Origin: Mobula hypostoma
Taxonomy: Eukaryota
Length of the DNA: 64,000 nucleotides
Direction: 5' to 3'
Assembly (NCBI RefSeq): GCF_963921235.1
Contig: NC_086097.1
Coordinates: 24,306,001 to 24,370,000 of the forward strand
The position numbers were made by a program, and so were the translations under genes. Position 1 is the stretch's first letter, and the number at the start of each line of letters is the position of its first letter. Below are positions 37,148 through 50,335 of the stretch, in pieces. Below the pieces are notes generated by a model that saw nothing but the letters and a program-made list of their open reading frames with translations, was not told the DNA's origin and did not search any database.

Positions 37148-37702
37148 GTGGCCAAACATCTTAATTCTGATTCCAGTTCGCTTTCCGATATGTCAGTCTA
37201 TGGCCTCTTCCTGTGCCACAATGAAGCTGCCCTCAGGATGGAGGAGCAACACCTTTAATTCCATTTGTGTAGCCTCTAGCTTGATGGCATGAATATTGAC
37301 TTCTCCCTGTATTAAAAAGAAATTCCTTTCACCTCCCCTATCTTTTTTCCCCTACTCTGGCCTCTTAACTTTTCTCACCTGCCTATCACCTCTTTCTGGA
37401 TTGCCTCTTCCTTCCCTTTCTCCTATGGTCCACTCTCCTGTTCTAAGGGGGTCCTTCCTCTCCAGCCCTTTACGTTCCCCCATCACCTGGCTTCACCTAT
37501 CACCACCTCGCTATTCTCCTTCTCTTCCCCCACCTTTTTATTCTGTGGTCTTCCTCCTTCCTTTCCAGTTCTGAAGAAGAGTCTTGGCCCAAAATGTCAA
37601 CTGTTTATTTCTCTCCATAAATTCTGCCTAATCTGCTGAGTCCCTCCAGAATTTTGCATGTGTCACTTTTGATTTCCAGCATCTGCAGAATCTCTTGTGT
37701 TT
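37148..37702 (+). mobile_element. Penelope-like element 3' end: GIY-YIG endonuclease C-terminus plus pseudo-LTR with decayed hammerhead
   Basis: 37148-37306 translates VAKHLNSDSSSLSDMSVYGLFLCHNEAALRMEEQHL*FHLCSL*LDGMNIDFS; then a pyrimidine leader and CAGTTCTGAAGAAGAGTCTTGGCCCAAAATGTCAACTG (37566-37603). Confidence 0.85.
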
Positions 37703-38709
37703 ATGACTCCCCCCACATCCTGTCCAATTTCCTTCCTGCATCCCCAATAGTGCCTAAATGAATTATGATTACAAGGGTGTATCGGTAGGCTATGCTGGGG
37801 GAAGATTGCCATTTGTAAATGTGAATTGAAATGGGATTGCTATTGATAGACTCTTGATAACTAACATGGTAATGATGGGCTGAAGGGCCTGATGGCATGC
37901 TGTAGTGTATGACTTTATAAAAAAGGGTATTTGTAAGTCTTAGACACAGTAACAAAGTAAAGATCTAAGTTGCTCCTTTTTATTATTTGGACAATCAACT
38001 TTATTAAAGTAGTGAGATTTTAGGGTGCATTACCTTCCATTTGGCCAAAATATGAGTTAGTTCAAAATTTAAAAATTTTAAATTCACTATATCTTTTGGT
38101 ATTGGTTTATTATTGTACTGAGATATAATGAAAAGTTTGTCTTGCATACTGTTCGTACATGTCAAATCATGAAACAGTGCATTGAGCTGGAATAAGGTAA
38201 AACATAATGATCACAGCGAGGTAGATTGTGAGACCAAGATTACATTTTGTCAGAAAGGAGGTCTGTATAAGAGTCTGATGACAGAAGCTGGCCTTGAGCC
38301 TGGTGGTACGTGCTTTCAGGCTTTTGTGTCTACTGCCCAATAGGAGAGGGGAGAAGACAGAATGTCTGGTGTGGGTGGGTTTTATGATTATTCTCGCTGA
38401 CTTACTGAGGGAGCAAGTAATATTGAAGGAGTCCATGGAGGGGAGGCGGGTTTCCATGATATGCTGAGCTGTGTCCACAGTCCTCTGCATTTTCTAGCAG
38501 TCACATGTAGAGCAATTGCCTTACCAATTTGTTATGCACCGAAACAGAATGCATAGATAAAATTTGTTTGTTTGTTTGTTTATTGAGATACACCATGGAG
38601 TTGGCTCTTCTGGCCCTTCAAGCCGTGCCACCCAGCAATCCCAATTTAATCCTAGCCTAATCACGGGACAATTTACGATGACCGATCAACCTACTAACTG
38701 GTATATCTT

Positions 38710-39607
38710 CAGAATCGGGTTTATTATCACTGGCATGTGTCATAAAGTTTGTTAACTTACCAGCAGCAGTTCAATCCAAAACATAATATAGAAGAAAGAA
38801 ATAATAATAATAACAATAAATAAATAAGTAAATCAATTACAGTGTATGTATCTTGAATAAATTAAAAATCATGCAAAAAACAGAAATAAGATATAAGTGA
38901 GGTAGTGTTCGAGGGTTCGATGTCCATTTAGGAATCGGTTGGCAGAGGGGAAGAAGCTGTTCCTGAATCGCTGAGTGTGTGCCTTCAGGCTTCTGTACCT
39001 CCTACCTGATGGAAACAGTGAGAAAAGGGCATGCCCTGGGTGCTGGAGGTCCTTAATAATGGACACTGCCTTTCTGAGACACCGCTCCTTGAAGATGTCC
39101 TGGGTACTTTGTAGACTAGTACCCAAGATGGAGCTGACTAAATTTACAACCCTCTGCAGCTTCTTTCGGACCTGTGCAGTAGCCCCCCACCCCCATACCA
39201 GACAGTGATGCAGCCTGTCAGAATGCTCTCCACGGTACATCTATAGAAGTTTTTGAGTGTATTTGTTGACATACCAAATCTCTTCAAACTCCTTATGAAG
39301 TATAGTCACTGTCTTGCCTTCTTTATAATTGCATCGATATGTTGGGACCAGGTTAGATCCTCAGAGATCTTGACACCCAGGAACTTGAAGCTGCTCACTC
39401 TTTCCACTTCTGATCCCACTATGAGAATTGGTATGTGTTCCTTCGTCTTACCCTTCTGGAAGTCCACAATCAGTTCTTTCGTCTTACTGTGGTTGAGTGC
39501 CAGGTTGTTGCTGTGACGCCACTCCACTAGTTGGCATATCTCACTCCTGTACGCCCTCTCATCACCATCTGAGGTTCTACCAACAATGATTGGATTGTCA
39601 GCAAATT
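38710..39607 (-). mobile_element. Rex1/Babar LINE 3' fragment
   Basis: NNLALNHSKTKELIVDF..SFKFLGV..LTWSQH; CLRKAVSIIKD..HPGHALFSLFPSGRRYRSLK. Confidence 0.9.
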
Positions 39608-40289
39608 GTGGGACTGTTTAGACTGTGAGAGGAAACAGGAGCACCCAGAGGAAACCCACATGGTCATGGGGAGAATGTATAAACTCCGTGTTGGCAGCAG
39701 CAGGAATTGAACCTGGGTCACCTGTACTGTAAAGCTTTGTGCTAACCATTATGCTACCATGCCTCCCCAAGTATGGGACTGGTAACAGGAGATGGAGACA
39801 TGGCAAGTTTCTTTTTGGTTTGAACCTCTGCATCTTCTGGAATCAAGCTCAAAAGCAATTCTAAGAAATATTCCTTATTTTGTTTGTGTGGTACCTTTAT
39901 TCCGGCTGGTGGTCTATGGACAGGCAGGTTAATTTTCTCAATGAAGTCTTTACTTAGTCAGGGTTGCCTGCACATCAAACACTTATTGAAGGATATTGGG
40001 CACTGGCACATTAAATCGTCTTCCAATCAATCAAGCGATTAATTCGGCCTCACAACAGGGATATTAATTACCGAGAAACATGAAATTTGCTCTGTGACAA
40101 GGAGGGCTATTTGCATACTGAATTCAGGATGTCTCAATGCTTACCAAGTATTTTTACAGCAAAGTGGGAACATCCAATTTCCGCACAGCAAGGTGTCACA
40201 AGTGGTAATGAGCTGGTGAACAGTTGTTATGAAGATGTTGGTTGAAGCATAAAATATATGGCCAAGGAACCTGTGAAATCTCCCCAATT

Positions 40290-42390
40290 ACCTGCATGTG
40301 GCAAGAAATTCAGAGGATAACAGACTACAAGTCTACCCTGTGCATCAGAGACTCAGACCCCTCGTTCCATGACAGGCTGAATGTCTTTCACACCCAGTTT
40401 GATGCACAGAACAAAGTGCTGGCGAGGAAGGCAACCCTTCCCCCAGGGGGGCAGACATTCTGTCTGGCTGAAGCTGAGGTGAGGAAGACCCTGGTCAGGG
40501 TCAACCCACGCAAAGTACATGCCAGGTTGGGTTCTGAAAAATTGCGCAGCCCAGCTAAATGAGAGGTATATTCAACATCTCTCTGGAACAGTGCATTATC
40601 CCCTTGGTTTTCAAGGTGGCAGCCATCATTCCCGTGCCAAAGAAGGTGGGAGCAATCTGCCTACGTGACTACCGTCCTGTGGCGTTAACATCAGCATTAT
40701 GAAAGGCTTTGAGTGGCTGCTCATGTGGCATATTAAAGCCTTTCTCTGGCTGCACTGAACCTTTTGCAGTTCACCCTTCACTTGAATTGATCCACTGATG
40801 ATGCCATAGTTTCCGCCCTCCACTTTGTCCTGTCCCACCTGGAAAACAGGGTCTCTTATGCCAGGTTGCTGTTTATAGACTTCAGTTCAGTGTTTAACAC
40901 CATCATACTCCAGAAACTGGTGGGGAAGCTGCTGGGTCTCAACGCCTCCCTCCGTAACTGGATCCTGGACTTCTTAACTAAAAGGCCATAGTCAGTTCCT
41001 GTGGGCAGCAATGTCACTTGTCCCATTACGCTGAATGCTGGCGTTCCCCAAGGCTGTGTATTCAGTCCGCCGCTGTTCACACTGCTGGTGCTCTAGGATT
41101 CAGCTCAAACCATATCATCAAGTTTGCAGATGACATGATAGTGATTGGCCTCATCAACAACAATGATGAGACAAGGTACAGAGAGGAAGTAGAACGGCTG
41201 GTGGACTAGAAGGAGAACAACAACCTCAGTCTGAATGTGGAGAAGACCAAGGAAATGAATGTGGACTTTAGGAAGGTGCAGATAAATCATCCCCTCTGCG
41301 CATACAAGGCTCCTCCGTAGAGAGAGTTAAGTGCACCAAGCTCCCGGGAATTCAAAGCTCAAAGTTCAAAGTAAAATTTATTATCAGTGTACATACATGT
41401 CACCACATACAAACCCGAGATTTTTTTTTCCCTGTGGACATACTTAGCAAATCTATCGGACAGTAACTGTAAACTGTAAACATCAGGAATAGTTAACTGT
41501 AAACTGCAAATGCTATAAATATAAATAATGAGCATGAAATAATAATATAACAGCGTCCTTAAGTAAGTGTAGCTATCCCCTTTTGTTGAAGAGCCTGATG
41601 GTTGAGAGGTAATAACTGTTCTTGAATCTGGTGGTAGAAGTCCGGAGACACCAGTACCTTCTACCTGATGGCAGCAGCGAGAAAAGAACTTGGCCTGGGT
41701 GCTGAGAATCTCTGATGATGGGTGGTGCTTTTCTACAGCATGGTTTCTTGTAGACGTGCTTAATGGTTGAGAGGGTTTTACCTGTAACGTACTGCGCCAA
41801 ATCCACTACCTTTCGTAGGATTTTCCATTCAAAGGAATTGGTGTTCCCATACCAGGCCATAATACAGCCAGTCAGCACACCTTCCACCAGACATTTATAG
41901 AAGTTTGCCAAGGTCTTTGATGACATGATGAACCTCTGCAGACTCCTGAGGACTGTGAGAACAGCCGAGAGGATGATTGGCATTGCCTACCATCCATCGG
42001 AACTGTTCACTAGGAGTCCTGTGTACACAGGGCCCTTAGTATTATCATGCATCCTACCCATCCATCCAGCATCCTCTTTGGAACTCGATCAGGCAGGAGA
42101 TTTTGAGGCATAAAAATAAGAATGGTCACGATGGGAAATAGTTTCTTCCCTCAGGCCGTTTGGCTCCTGAACCCTCACCGCATTGCATTCAAAGTGTCAT
42201 TAGATAATTTGTGTTGTACCTTACAATATTTAATTTTTGAATTTCACTTTGTTTACCTATGTATAATTCATTTGTAGATTTAATTCATACTTTCCTGAGC
42301 TATTGTTATTCTGTGTACTGCTGTGCTTTACACCCTGGTCTAGAGAAACATTGTCTTGTTTGGCAGTATAGATGTATTTAGTTAAATGAT
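40290..42390 (+). mobile_element. Rex1/Babar LINE, degraded, with an antisense Rex1-like fragment nested at ~41352-41952
   Basis: ITDYK..DRLNVFH..IIKFADD..LSLNVEKTKEM; nested ORF 41573-41983(-) HPGQVLFSLLPSGRRY..FKNSYY; host resumes at ~41950. Confidence 0.8.
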
Positions 42391-45300
42391 AACAGACTTG
42401 TCTTGATATATACTTTGATAATAAGTTTACTTCAAACTTTGAACCAGCCAGAATGTTCTCCACTGGATATCTACAGAAATTTTGTCAAATTGACTTGACA
42501 TGAAATGTTAACTTTGATTTTTTTCATTGATGTGGCCTGACCTTTTGAGTACTTTCAGCATTTTCTGTTTTGTCTTATTTGGGATCCTCGTTCATTTGCT
42601 GTGGACAGCAGACAGCTCCTTGATGTGATGTCTCAGCCAAGAGTCTGCTTTTGGTACTGTGCATCACACTGTTAGTGCTGCACTGGAGCATGCACTAAAC
42701 ATTTGCAATTGCAGTTTTACAATTTTTGCAACCGTGTGACAACCCTCCTGCCTCAGAGGAAGGAATATCGCCACGGTGCGCAACCACGATGAGTCTCATT
42801 GCCAGCGTTTTCATTCTTAAATCAGGTGCATGTGTCAATCGCAATCTCAAAGTAGAAAATTAATCTCAAGTTAGTATATGGTAAATATTTTGAAAATAAA
42901 TTTACTTTGAACTCTTTGAACATTTATTAACCGTCACTGTTTGCTCTTCAGTTGAAATGCTTTGATCATTCTGAAGGATTAATGTTATTGGTGAAATGTT
43001 CTGAATATAGAATCTCCTGTGAGAGTCCCATTTGTGTTTCACCAGAATCTGGAATGGGATGTCCCTTCATCAACTACCATTGTGAATGTTAATCTTCAAT
43101 GGAGCTTATATTCAAGTTATCAGAACTGCTGCCTTGCTGGTGAAGCCTTGCCTCTTGTCAGTCTGCTTTGGCTGTTTTTAGTTTTAAAATGCTGCATTTT
43201 TCATGTCCTTGCATCTCTGAAATAAGTATAAGTTTGTATGTCCTACCTGTGAGAGCATGGGGTTTCTCATTGAAGTACCAGTTTGTATCGTAATTGGTCA
43301 TTGTAAGTTGTCATGTGATTAGACCAGGGTTAAATGGGTGGGTTGCTGAGTGGTGCTGCTTGTTGGGCCTGAAGGGCCTGTTTCACGCTTTGTCTCTAAA
43401 TAAAATAAATATGAGTGACATATAGGTTGGGAGGTCACATGGCTGCAATTAGGAGGTGCGGGCTTGTTGCACCAATAGGACCTGCTGATACTGTATGCAG
43501 TATTCCTAAATAAATAATCAAACAATGAACAAACAAATAAATAAATCATTTCTGAAAGCAGTTGAGTCAGTCGTTAGCCAGAGTCAGCTCTTTAACCGAG
43601 GGTGGTGAATCTGAGGAATTCATCGCCACAGACAGCTGAGGCGGCTAAGTCGTTGGGCATATTTAAAGCAGAGGTTGATAGGACTGTAGATAAATCACCT
43701 CCACTTTTGAATTGATTTCACAATTTCCTCACTTTCAAGGGCTCTACAAATCACATTCTCATCACTATTTATCTTTATATTTATTTATCTATTTGTTTAT
43801 TTATTATTTGTATTTGCACAGTTTGTCTTCTTTTGCACATTGCTTCTTTGTCAATCTTATTTTGCATTGATTCTTTTGTATTTCTTTGTTCTACTGTAAG
43901 AACCTGAATCTCAGGGTTGACTACAGTGACATTTATATACTGAGATACAAAAAGTACTTTGAGCTTTGAGGCTGTTGACTAATAGAGACATCAAACGTTA
44001 CAGGAGAAGGCAGGGGAATGGGTTTGAGAGGAAGAATGAATCAGCCATGATGGAATGACAGAGTAGACTCGGTGGGCTGAATGGTTTGATTCTTATAGTC
44101 CTATTACAATGGGTCTGGAGTCACATATAGGCCAGATTAGGTAAGGAGACTGGATTTTTTTCCCCCAAAGGATACTGGTGAACCAGGTGATTGCTTTAAA
44201 AATGAGCATACCGCGCAGATGCTGGTAATCTGCAACAATGATTGTAGTTCCATGTCAACACAGACCTACTTTAAGAATTCATGTTTTCCTTTTCCCTCTT
44301 GCAAAAACCAATGGATGAGATTAAACTTGCAGCACAAAGCCTTTCTCCTGAACTTTCCATTTTCCAAAATCCTGATTAAAATAAAAAGCAAGCTCTTCTC
44401 ATTTCAGAGAAGCAGACGGCACTCAGGATGTGGAAATTACATGAAATCATATCTTTTACTTGATGAAGTTTACGATCTCAGTAGAGATATGATTGAGGTT
44501 ACTTATCATTTTATAAGGCTTCGATCGACTGAATTCTAATGCATTATGAACCCTCCAAAGGAAAGTCTTGAAGTCAACTGTAAATAACATTTTGATACAA
44601 GTTTTGATTCAAGAAATCATGGGATGGACTGAGTGAAGATGCTGCTATTGACAAATTTATGAAGGGATGTAATAGATAGTGGGTTGTTGGGAAAGTATCA
44701 GTTAGTATTGGCTATCTATTGAGCTGTGGGAAGATTCAATTCGAGTCTCTTTCTCTTCCCGATAGTGCTAAATTTCTCTGTCTCCCGAGATGGCTGTGGA
44801 GATAGCTTAGGCTTGGCAGCAACCACATCTGTGTGAAACAGAGCATCACCCTGTGGGCACGCGATATAAATGACCCAGCAAATGCTTTCAGACTGGGAAA
44901 GCCATTTTCTTCTGGACACTAGAGAGTCTCAGTCTGTCCCAACTAAGCAGTAATTTTATTCCATTGATATTAGACACTACAACACGGTATAGGCCCTTTG
45001 GCACACAATGTTGTGCAATGCTGAACTACTCCAAGACCAATCCAAGCCCTCCCTCCCACAAAGCCCTCCATTTTTCTGTCATCTATGTCCCTCTCTAAAT
45101 GTTTCTGAAATCTCCTGAATGTATCTGCTTCCACCACTACCCCGGCAGTGCGTTCCACACACTCACCACTCTTTGTATAAGAAACCTACCTCTGACATTC
45201 CCACTACACTTGCCTCCAATCACCTTAAAATTATGACCCCTCATGTGCCAATTGATCTATGCCTCTTATCTTCTTGTACACCTCTGCATCTTGGTAAATC

Positions 45301-45684
45301 TCCTCTGCACTCTCTCTAAAGCTTCCACATGCTTCCTATAATGAGGCAACCAGGAGGACAGCAGAGTTTTAAGAGGCAGCTCATCACCACCTCCTTAAGG
45401 CAACCAAGGACAGGCAATAAATGCTGGTTCAGTCTGCAAAATCCCAATCCCTTGAATCAACATTAAAAATTCCTCTCAAGGTTTTTAGATTCTCCTACTG
45501 ACAGAAGCTTTTCTCAACAGTAGATATAGGGCACCAGAGACCACTCGATATATGTTTCTTATCATCTCATATACCTTTATCAAGTCACTTCTCATCCTCC
45601 TTCACCCAGAGGAGAAAAGCCCTAGCTCATTCAACCTTTCCTCATGAACCATGGTTTCTAATTCAGGCAACATTCTGGTAAACC

Positions 45685-46180
45685 TCCTCTGTGGCTGCAT
45701 CACCATCTGGTATGGAGGCACTACTGCACAGGATCGGAGTGAGTGGCAGAAAGTTTTAAAATTAGTTAGCTCAATCATGGGTACTAGCCTCCGTAGTATC
45801 CAAGACATCTTCAAGGAGCGGTGCCTCAGAAAGGCAGCATCCATCATTACGGACTGCACCCGGGACATGCCCTCTTCTCATTGTTACCAATTTAAAGGAG
45901 GTACAGAAGCCTGAAGGCACAGATTCAGTGATTCAGGAACAGCTTCTTCCCCTCTGCCATCCGATTCCTAATTGGACTTTGAACCCATGAACACGACCTC
46001 ACCACTTCTTCTTTATTTCTGGTTTTGCACTACTTATTTCAACTGAATTATTATATATGTACACTTTCTGTAATTCAGTTTTTATTTCTATATTTATCAT
46101 CTATTGCATTGTACTGCTGCTGCAAAGTTAACACATTTCAAGGCATATGCCAGTTATATTAAACCTGATTCTGAATCTGA
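45685..46180 (+). mobile_element. Rex1-like 3' fragment inside a minus-strand CR1 remnant
   Basis: GCITIWYGG..IMGTSLRSIQDIFKERCLRKAASII; AAACCTGATTCTGAATCTGA tail. Confidence 0.8.
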
Positions 46181-46672
46181 CCCTCTAAAGTTTCCACATC
46201 CTTTCAATGCGGAGACTGGAATTGAACACAGGATTTTGTAATGAGCGGTGATATATTTCTGATTCAGAGTAATGTGTGACTTGGAAGGGGAGTAGGTGCT
46301 GCCCCAAACCTTCTAGTTGGCAGAGGTCGTGCATTTGGAATGAATATTTTTATATTTTGTTTTTCGTGAGTTGCATAATGTCTGAATGGCAGTGGAGGCA
46401 CGAGGGACTGTGAATGCTGTAATCTAGGCTAAATAGCTGGAGGAACTCAGCCAATCAGGCAGCATCTGTGGAGGCAGAGGAACAGCCAACATTTCAGGCT
46501 GAGACCCTGACACGAGACTCTGAACATTGACCCAAGTGATCCCTCTTCGACTACAGATGCTGCCTGCTTCGTTGAGTTTTTCCTACAGTTTGACTTTTTT
46601 TTTGCATATGAACATCAATATCTTGTTTGAGGAATTATCTAAGTTTCATATTATTTATTTGAAGATACTGTA

Positions 46673-47176
46673 CACTCTGTGGCTACTTTATCAGGTCCAG
46701 GTGTGGAACCTGGCATGGCCTTCTGCTGCTCTAAACCATCCACTTCAAGAATCAATGTGTTGTGCATTCAGAGATGCCCTCCTGCCAATCATAGTTGTAA
46801 CACAGGGTTATTAGAGTTACTGTCGCATTCCTGTCAGCTTCCACCAGCCTGGTCATTCACCAGTGACCTCTCTCATTAACAAGACATTTTGGTCCACAGA
46901 ACTGCCACTCACTGGATATTTTTTGTTTTTTTTCCCACCATCCTCTGTAAACTGTAGATCGGCATTTTCAGAGATACTCAAATAATCTTTCTACAGTCAA
47001 GGTCAATTCAATCACATTTCTTCCCCCATTCTGAAGTTTGGTCTGAACAACAACTGAACCTCTTGACCATGTCTGTATGCTTTAATGTGTTGAGTCATTG
47101 TCACATAATTGGCTGATTAGATATTTGCATTAATGAGCAGGTGTACAGGTGTACCTAATATAGTGGCCACTGAGTG
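46673..47176. mobile_element. Tc1-derived MITE, ~500 bp
   Basis: TA-CACTCTGTGGCTACTTTATCAGGT ... GTACCTAATATAGTGGCCACTGAGTG-TA; same family as 33698. Confidence 0.85.
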
Positions 47177-47449
47177 TATTATGTTATAATTGAGCAATCC
47201 TGGAAAAAAAGTCTTTTAGGTTAGGTTTAGCCAATGTCATGGGCACAATCATTGTTCAATCTCTTCAAATTATTTATGGTCTCAGTCAATTATCCTCAAT
47301 TTCATGCTTGTCTAGACATTGCTCAGCAATGTTCTTGTAGGTTCAGTAAACCATTCTTAATCAACATCTGCCAATACTAGTAGTCTTAAAGGAAAAGGGA
47401 ATAGAGAGAGGAACTGGGCTTCGGGAAGGAAAGGTCTGAAAGATATTTC

Positions 47450-48010
47450 TAGCGTAGCAGTTAGCCACGATACTATTACAGCTCAGGGAAGTTCAGAGTT
47501 CAGAGTTAAATTCTGGCGCTGTCAATAAGGAGTTTTTACCCTATCCCCGTGACCGCATGGGCTTCCTCTGAGTGTTCTGGTTTCCCCTCACAGTCCAAAG
47601 ATGTACTGGTTAGGTTAATTGGTCACTGTAAATCGTCCTGTGCTTAGGCTAGTGTTCAATATTTGGTTTGTTCGGGGGCGCAGCTCAGTGGATCAGTTCC
47701 ACATTGTATCCCTAAATAAAATAAAAATATAGATTAGCTTTGTTTGTCACATGCAGTGAAACATAAAACACCCAGTGAAATGTGTCATTTGCGTAAACAA
47801 CCAACACAAGCATCTGGCACCACTGTTCTCATGCCAACATAGTGTGGTCACAGCATACTCACCTTAACCATATGTCTTTGGAATGTGGGAGGATACCAGA
47901 GCACCAAGAGAAACCCACACTGTCAAAGAAAAACACACAAATTCCTTACAGACAGCAGTAGGAATTGTACCTTAATTGTTTATGGTGTACAGTCTTATGC
48001 TCACTGCTGA
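47450..48010. mobile_element. Two adjacent tRNA-SINEs in opposite orientation
   Basis: + copy ~47450-47725 (A-box-like AGCGTAGCAGTTAG; poly-A-like end) and - copy ~47730-48010. Confidence 0.6.
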
Positions 48011-48162
48011 ACAGCCATGTGTCCCTAGATATGAAGGTAAAGAAGCAGGAATCTCTCTCTCTCTATAACCTAGGTACATTCTACGCTGAGGTCTTTGTAA
48101 ACTCACCTAAACGTACTTGAGGCTTGATTAGTCAAGTTCCTTTAAATATCTGAAGAAAGATT

Positions 48163-48787
48163 AACACACACCAAATGCTGGAGGGATTCAGCAGATCTGG
48201 CAACATTTACGGAAAGGAGCAAAGTGACGGCATTTCGGGCTGAGGCCCTCCATCAAGACTGGAAAGGAAGGGGGAAGATGCCAGATTGAAAAAGTGGGTG
48301 GGAGGGGTGAGGAGAAGGAGTACATGCTGACAAATGATAGATTAGGCCACGTGAGGGAAAATGTCGGTGGGTGGGGAGGCTGGATGAAGTGGGAAGCTGG
48401 GAGGTGATAGCCGGAAAAAGAAGGAATCTGATAGGAAAGGAGAGTGGACCATGGGAGAAAGGGAAGGAGAAGGAAGGTATAGACAGGTGAGGAGAAGACT
48501 GGAGGTAGAGGGTGCCAGAATAGAAAATGGAAAAGGGGAGAAGAGGGAGTGGGGAAAAATTACCAAAAGACAGAGAAATTGATGTTCATGCTGTCAGGTT
48601 GGAGGTTACCCAGACAGAGTATGAGGTGTTGCTCTTCCAGCCTAAGAGTGGCCTCATCGTGGTGGGGGGTGTGGGGGAGGTGGAGAGGAATCCGTGGAGC
48701 ACATCCACATATCGGAATGGGACTGGGGATCAGAATTGAAAGGGCTGGCCATCAGGAAATCCTGCTTGTTGTGGACGCAGTGAAGGT
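48163..48787 (-). mobile_element. Penelope-like element 3' end (GIY-YIG C-terminus plus pseudo-LTR)
   Basis: Reverse translation LHCVHNKQDFLMASPFNSDPQSHSDM..HDEATLRLEEQHLILCLGNLQPDSMNINFSVFW*; decayed hammerhead at ~48225-48262. Confidence 0.85.
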
Positions 48788-50335
48788 ACAAAGGAACAAA
48801 GGTAATGAAAGGTTTCCCTGTTGATATAATTCCAAACATAAAGAGCAATGTAACTTCTTTCAGCTTATGGGAGATGTTGTGATTTATTTCCATTAATTAT
48901 AACCCATTCATTTTCAATTTTTAAGCTCCTGCTTACATCATTCACTCTGTGGTAGGAATGTCGCCAGTAAGCCTAACTCATTGTATTGCTGAGTTTAAAA
49001 TTCCACAATATAATCCAGATTGTCAGACATTTCACAGTGGCTTTAAAGACAATCATTTCTCTTCTTTATGGCACTCCTAATAATATCATATGCAATATAG
49101 ACAGTTTTCCCGATCTATCTGTCTGGTGATGGGATCAATTAATAGCAGTGGAAAGGTCATTCCATGAAACAAACGGTTTCTTTCCCCCTTGGGAAATTTA
49201 ACCTGATCTGAACAGAATCTCCAGTGTGCATGGGTAATATGTATCGACTGAAGTTGCTGGTTCAATTTCCCTCTGCTCAAGAGTTTATAACCTCGGTTAT
49301 TTCACTATGGGTGAACTGTAAGCAAGAAAATTTGCACTTCTAAAGTTTAATGCATAAAATTGTTTCAAGTTAGAGACACTCAGAAGTCCAGAGCTCTGTG
49401 AAGCTATAGATAGACAGGTCAAAGACCGAATTCGACGAGTCTGAAGGTTGAGGGAGAGAGTGAGCCAGAGACCGGAGGTTGGAAGCTCAATGTTTGCAAG
49501 TGTGGGAGTCCAGTCCAGAGACAAGAGCTTGGAGGCCTGTTGCCTGCAAGTTTAAGAGTACAGGACCAAGCACCAGAAGTCCAGAGTTGGTCTGTCCTTG
49601 GGTCGGAGTCCTAGATGTGTGAGGGGGTGAGAAGGGTGGGAAAGGGGCTTGCTTTGCTGTTGTTATCCCAGTTTGTCCTGCAGTTGCTGCTGTTTGTGGT
49701 GTTCTGTGGAGTGTACTGTGTTGTGCTCCTGAAGGAGGGTCTCAGATCAAAATGTCAACTGTTCATTCCCCTCTATAGATGCTGCCTGACTTGCTGCAGA
49801 ATCACTTGTCCTTGTGCTGCATTAAGCATTGTGTGCATGCTATATTGGTGCCAGTATGGGCAGCAACTCTTCTGGGCTGCCCCCAGCACATCCTCAGCTG
49901 TGCTAGTTGTTAATGCAAGTGATGCTTTTCACTGTAAATGTGATAATAAATCTGAATCTGAATATGAGAGAATTCAGAGGATGGGAATCTGGAGCAACAC
50001 ACAAAAAGAGGTGGAGGTACTTGGCGGGTCAGGCAACATCTGTGAAGGGAATTAGACGGTTGCCGTTTTGGGTTGAGACCCTTCATCTGGATGGGAAAAA
50101 ATGATGGGAGATAGGCAGAATCAAAATGATCAAGTTTAAGTTCAGTTTACTGTCATTCGACTGTACGCATGTATACCACCAAATGAAGCAATATTCCTCT
50201 GGACCAGGGTTACAACACAGTGCAAGTAACTCACACACACAGCTCAAAGTAATATTACCACAGATAATTTAACAAATAATAGGGTGCATTTACAGCACAA
50301 GTTAAAAAGCAAACAGTATAACTGGCACTTCATTT

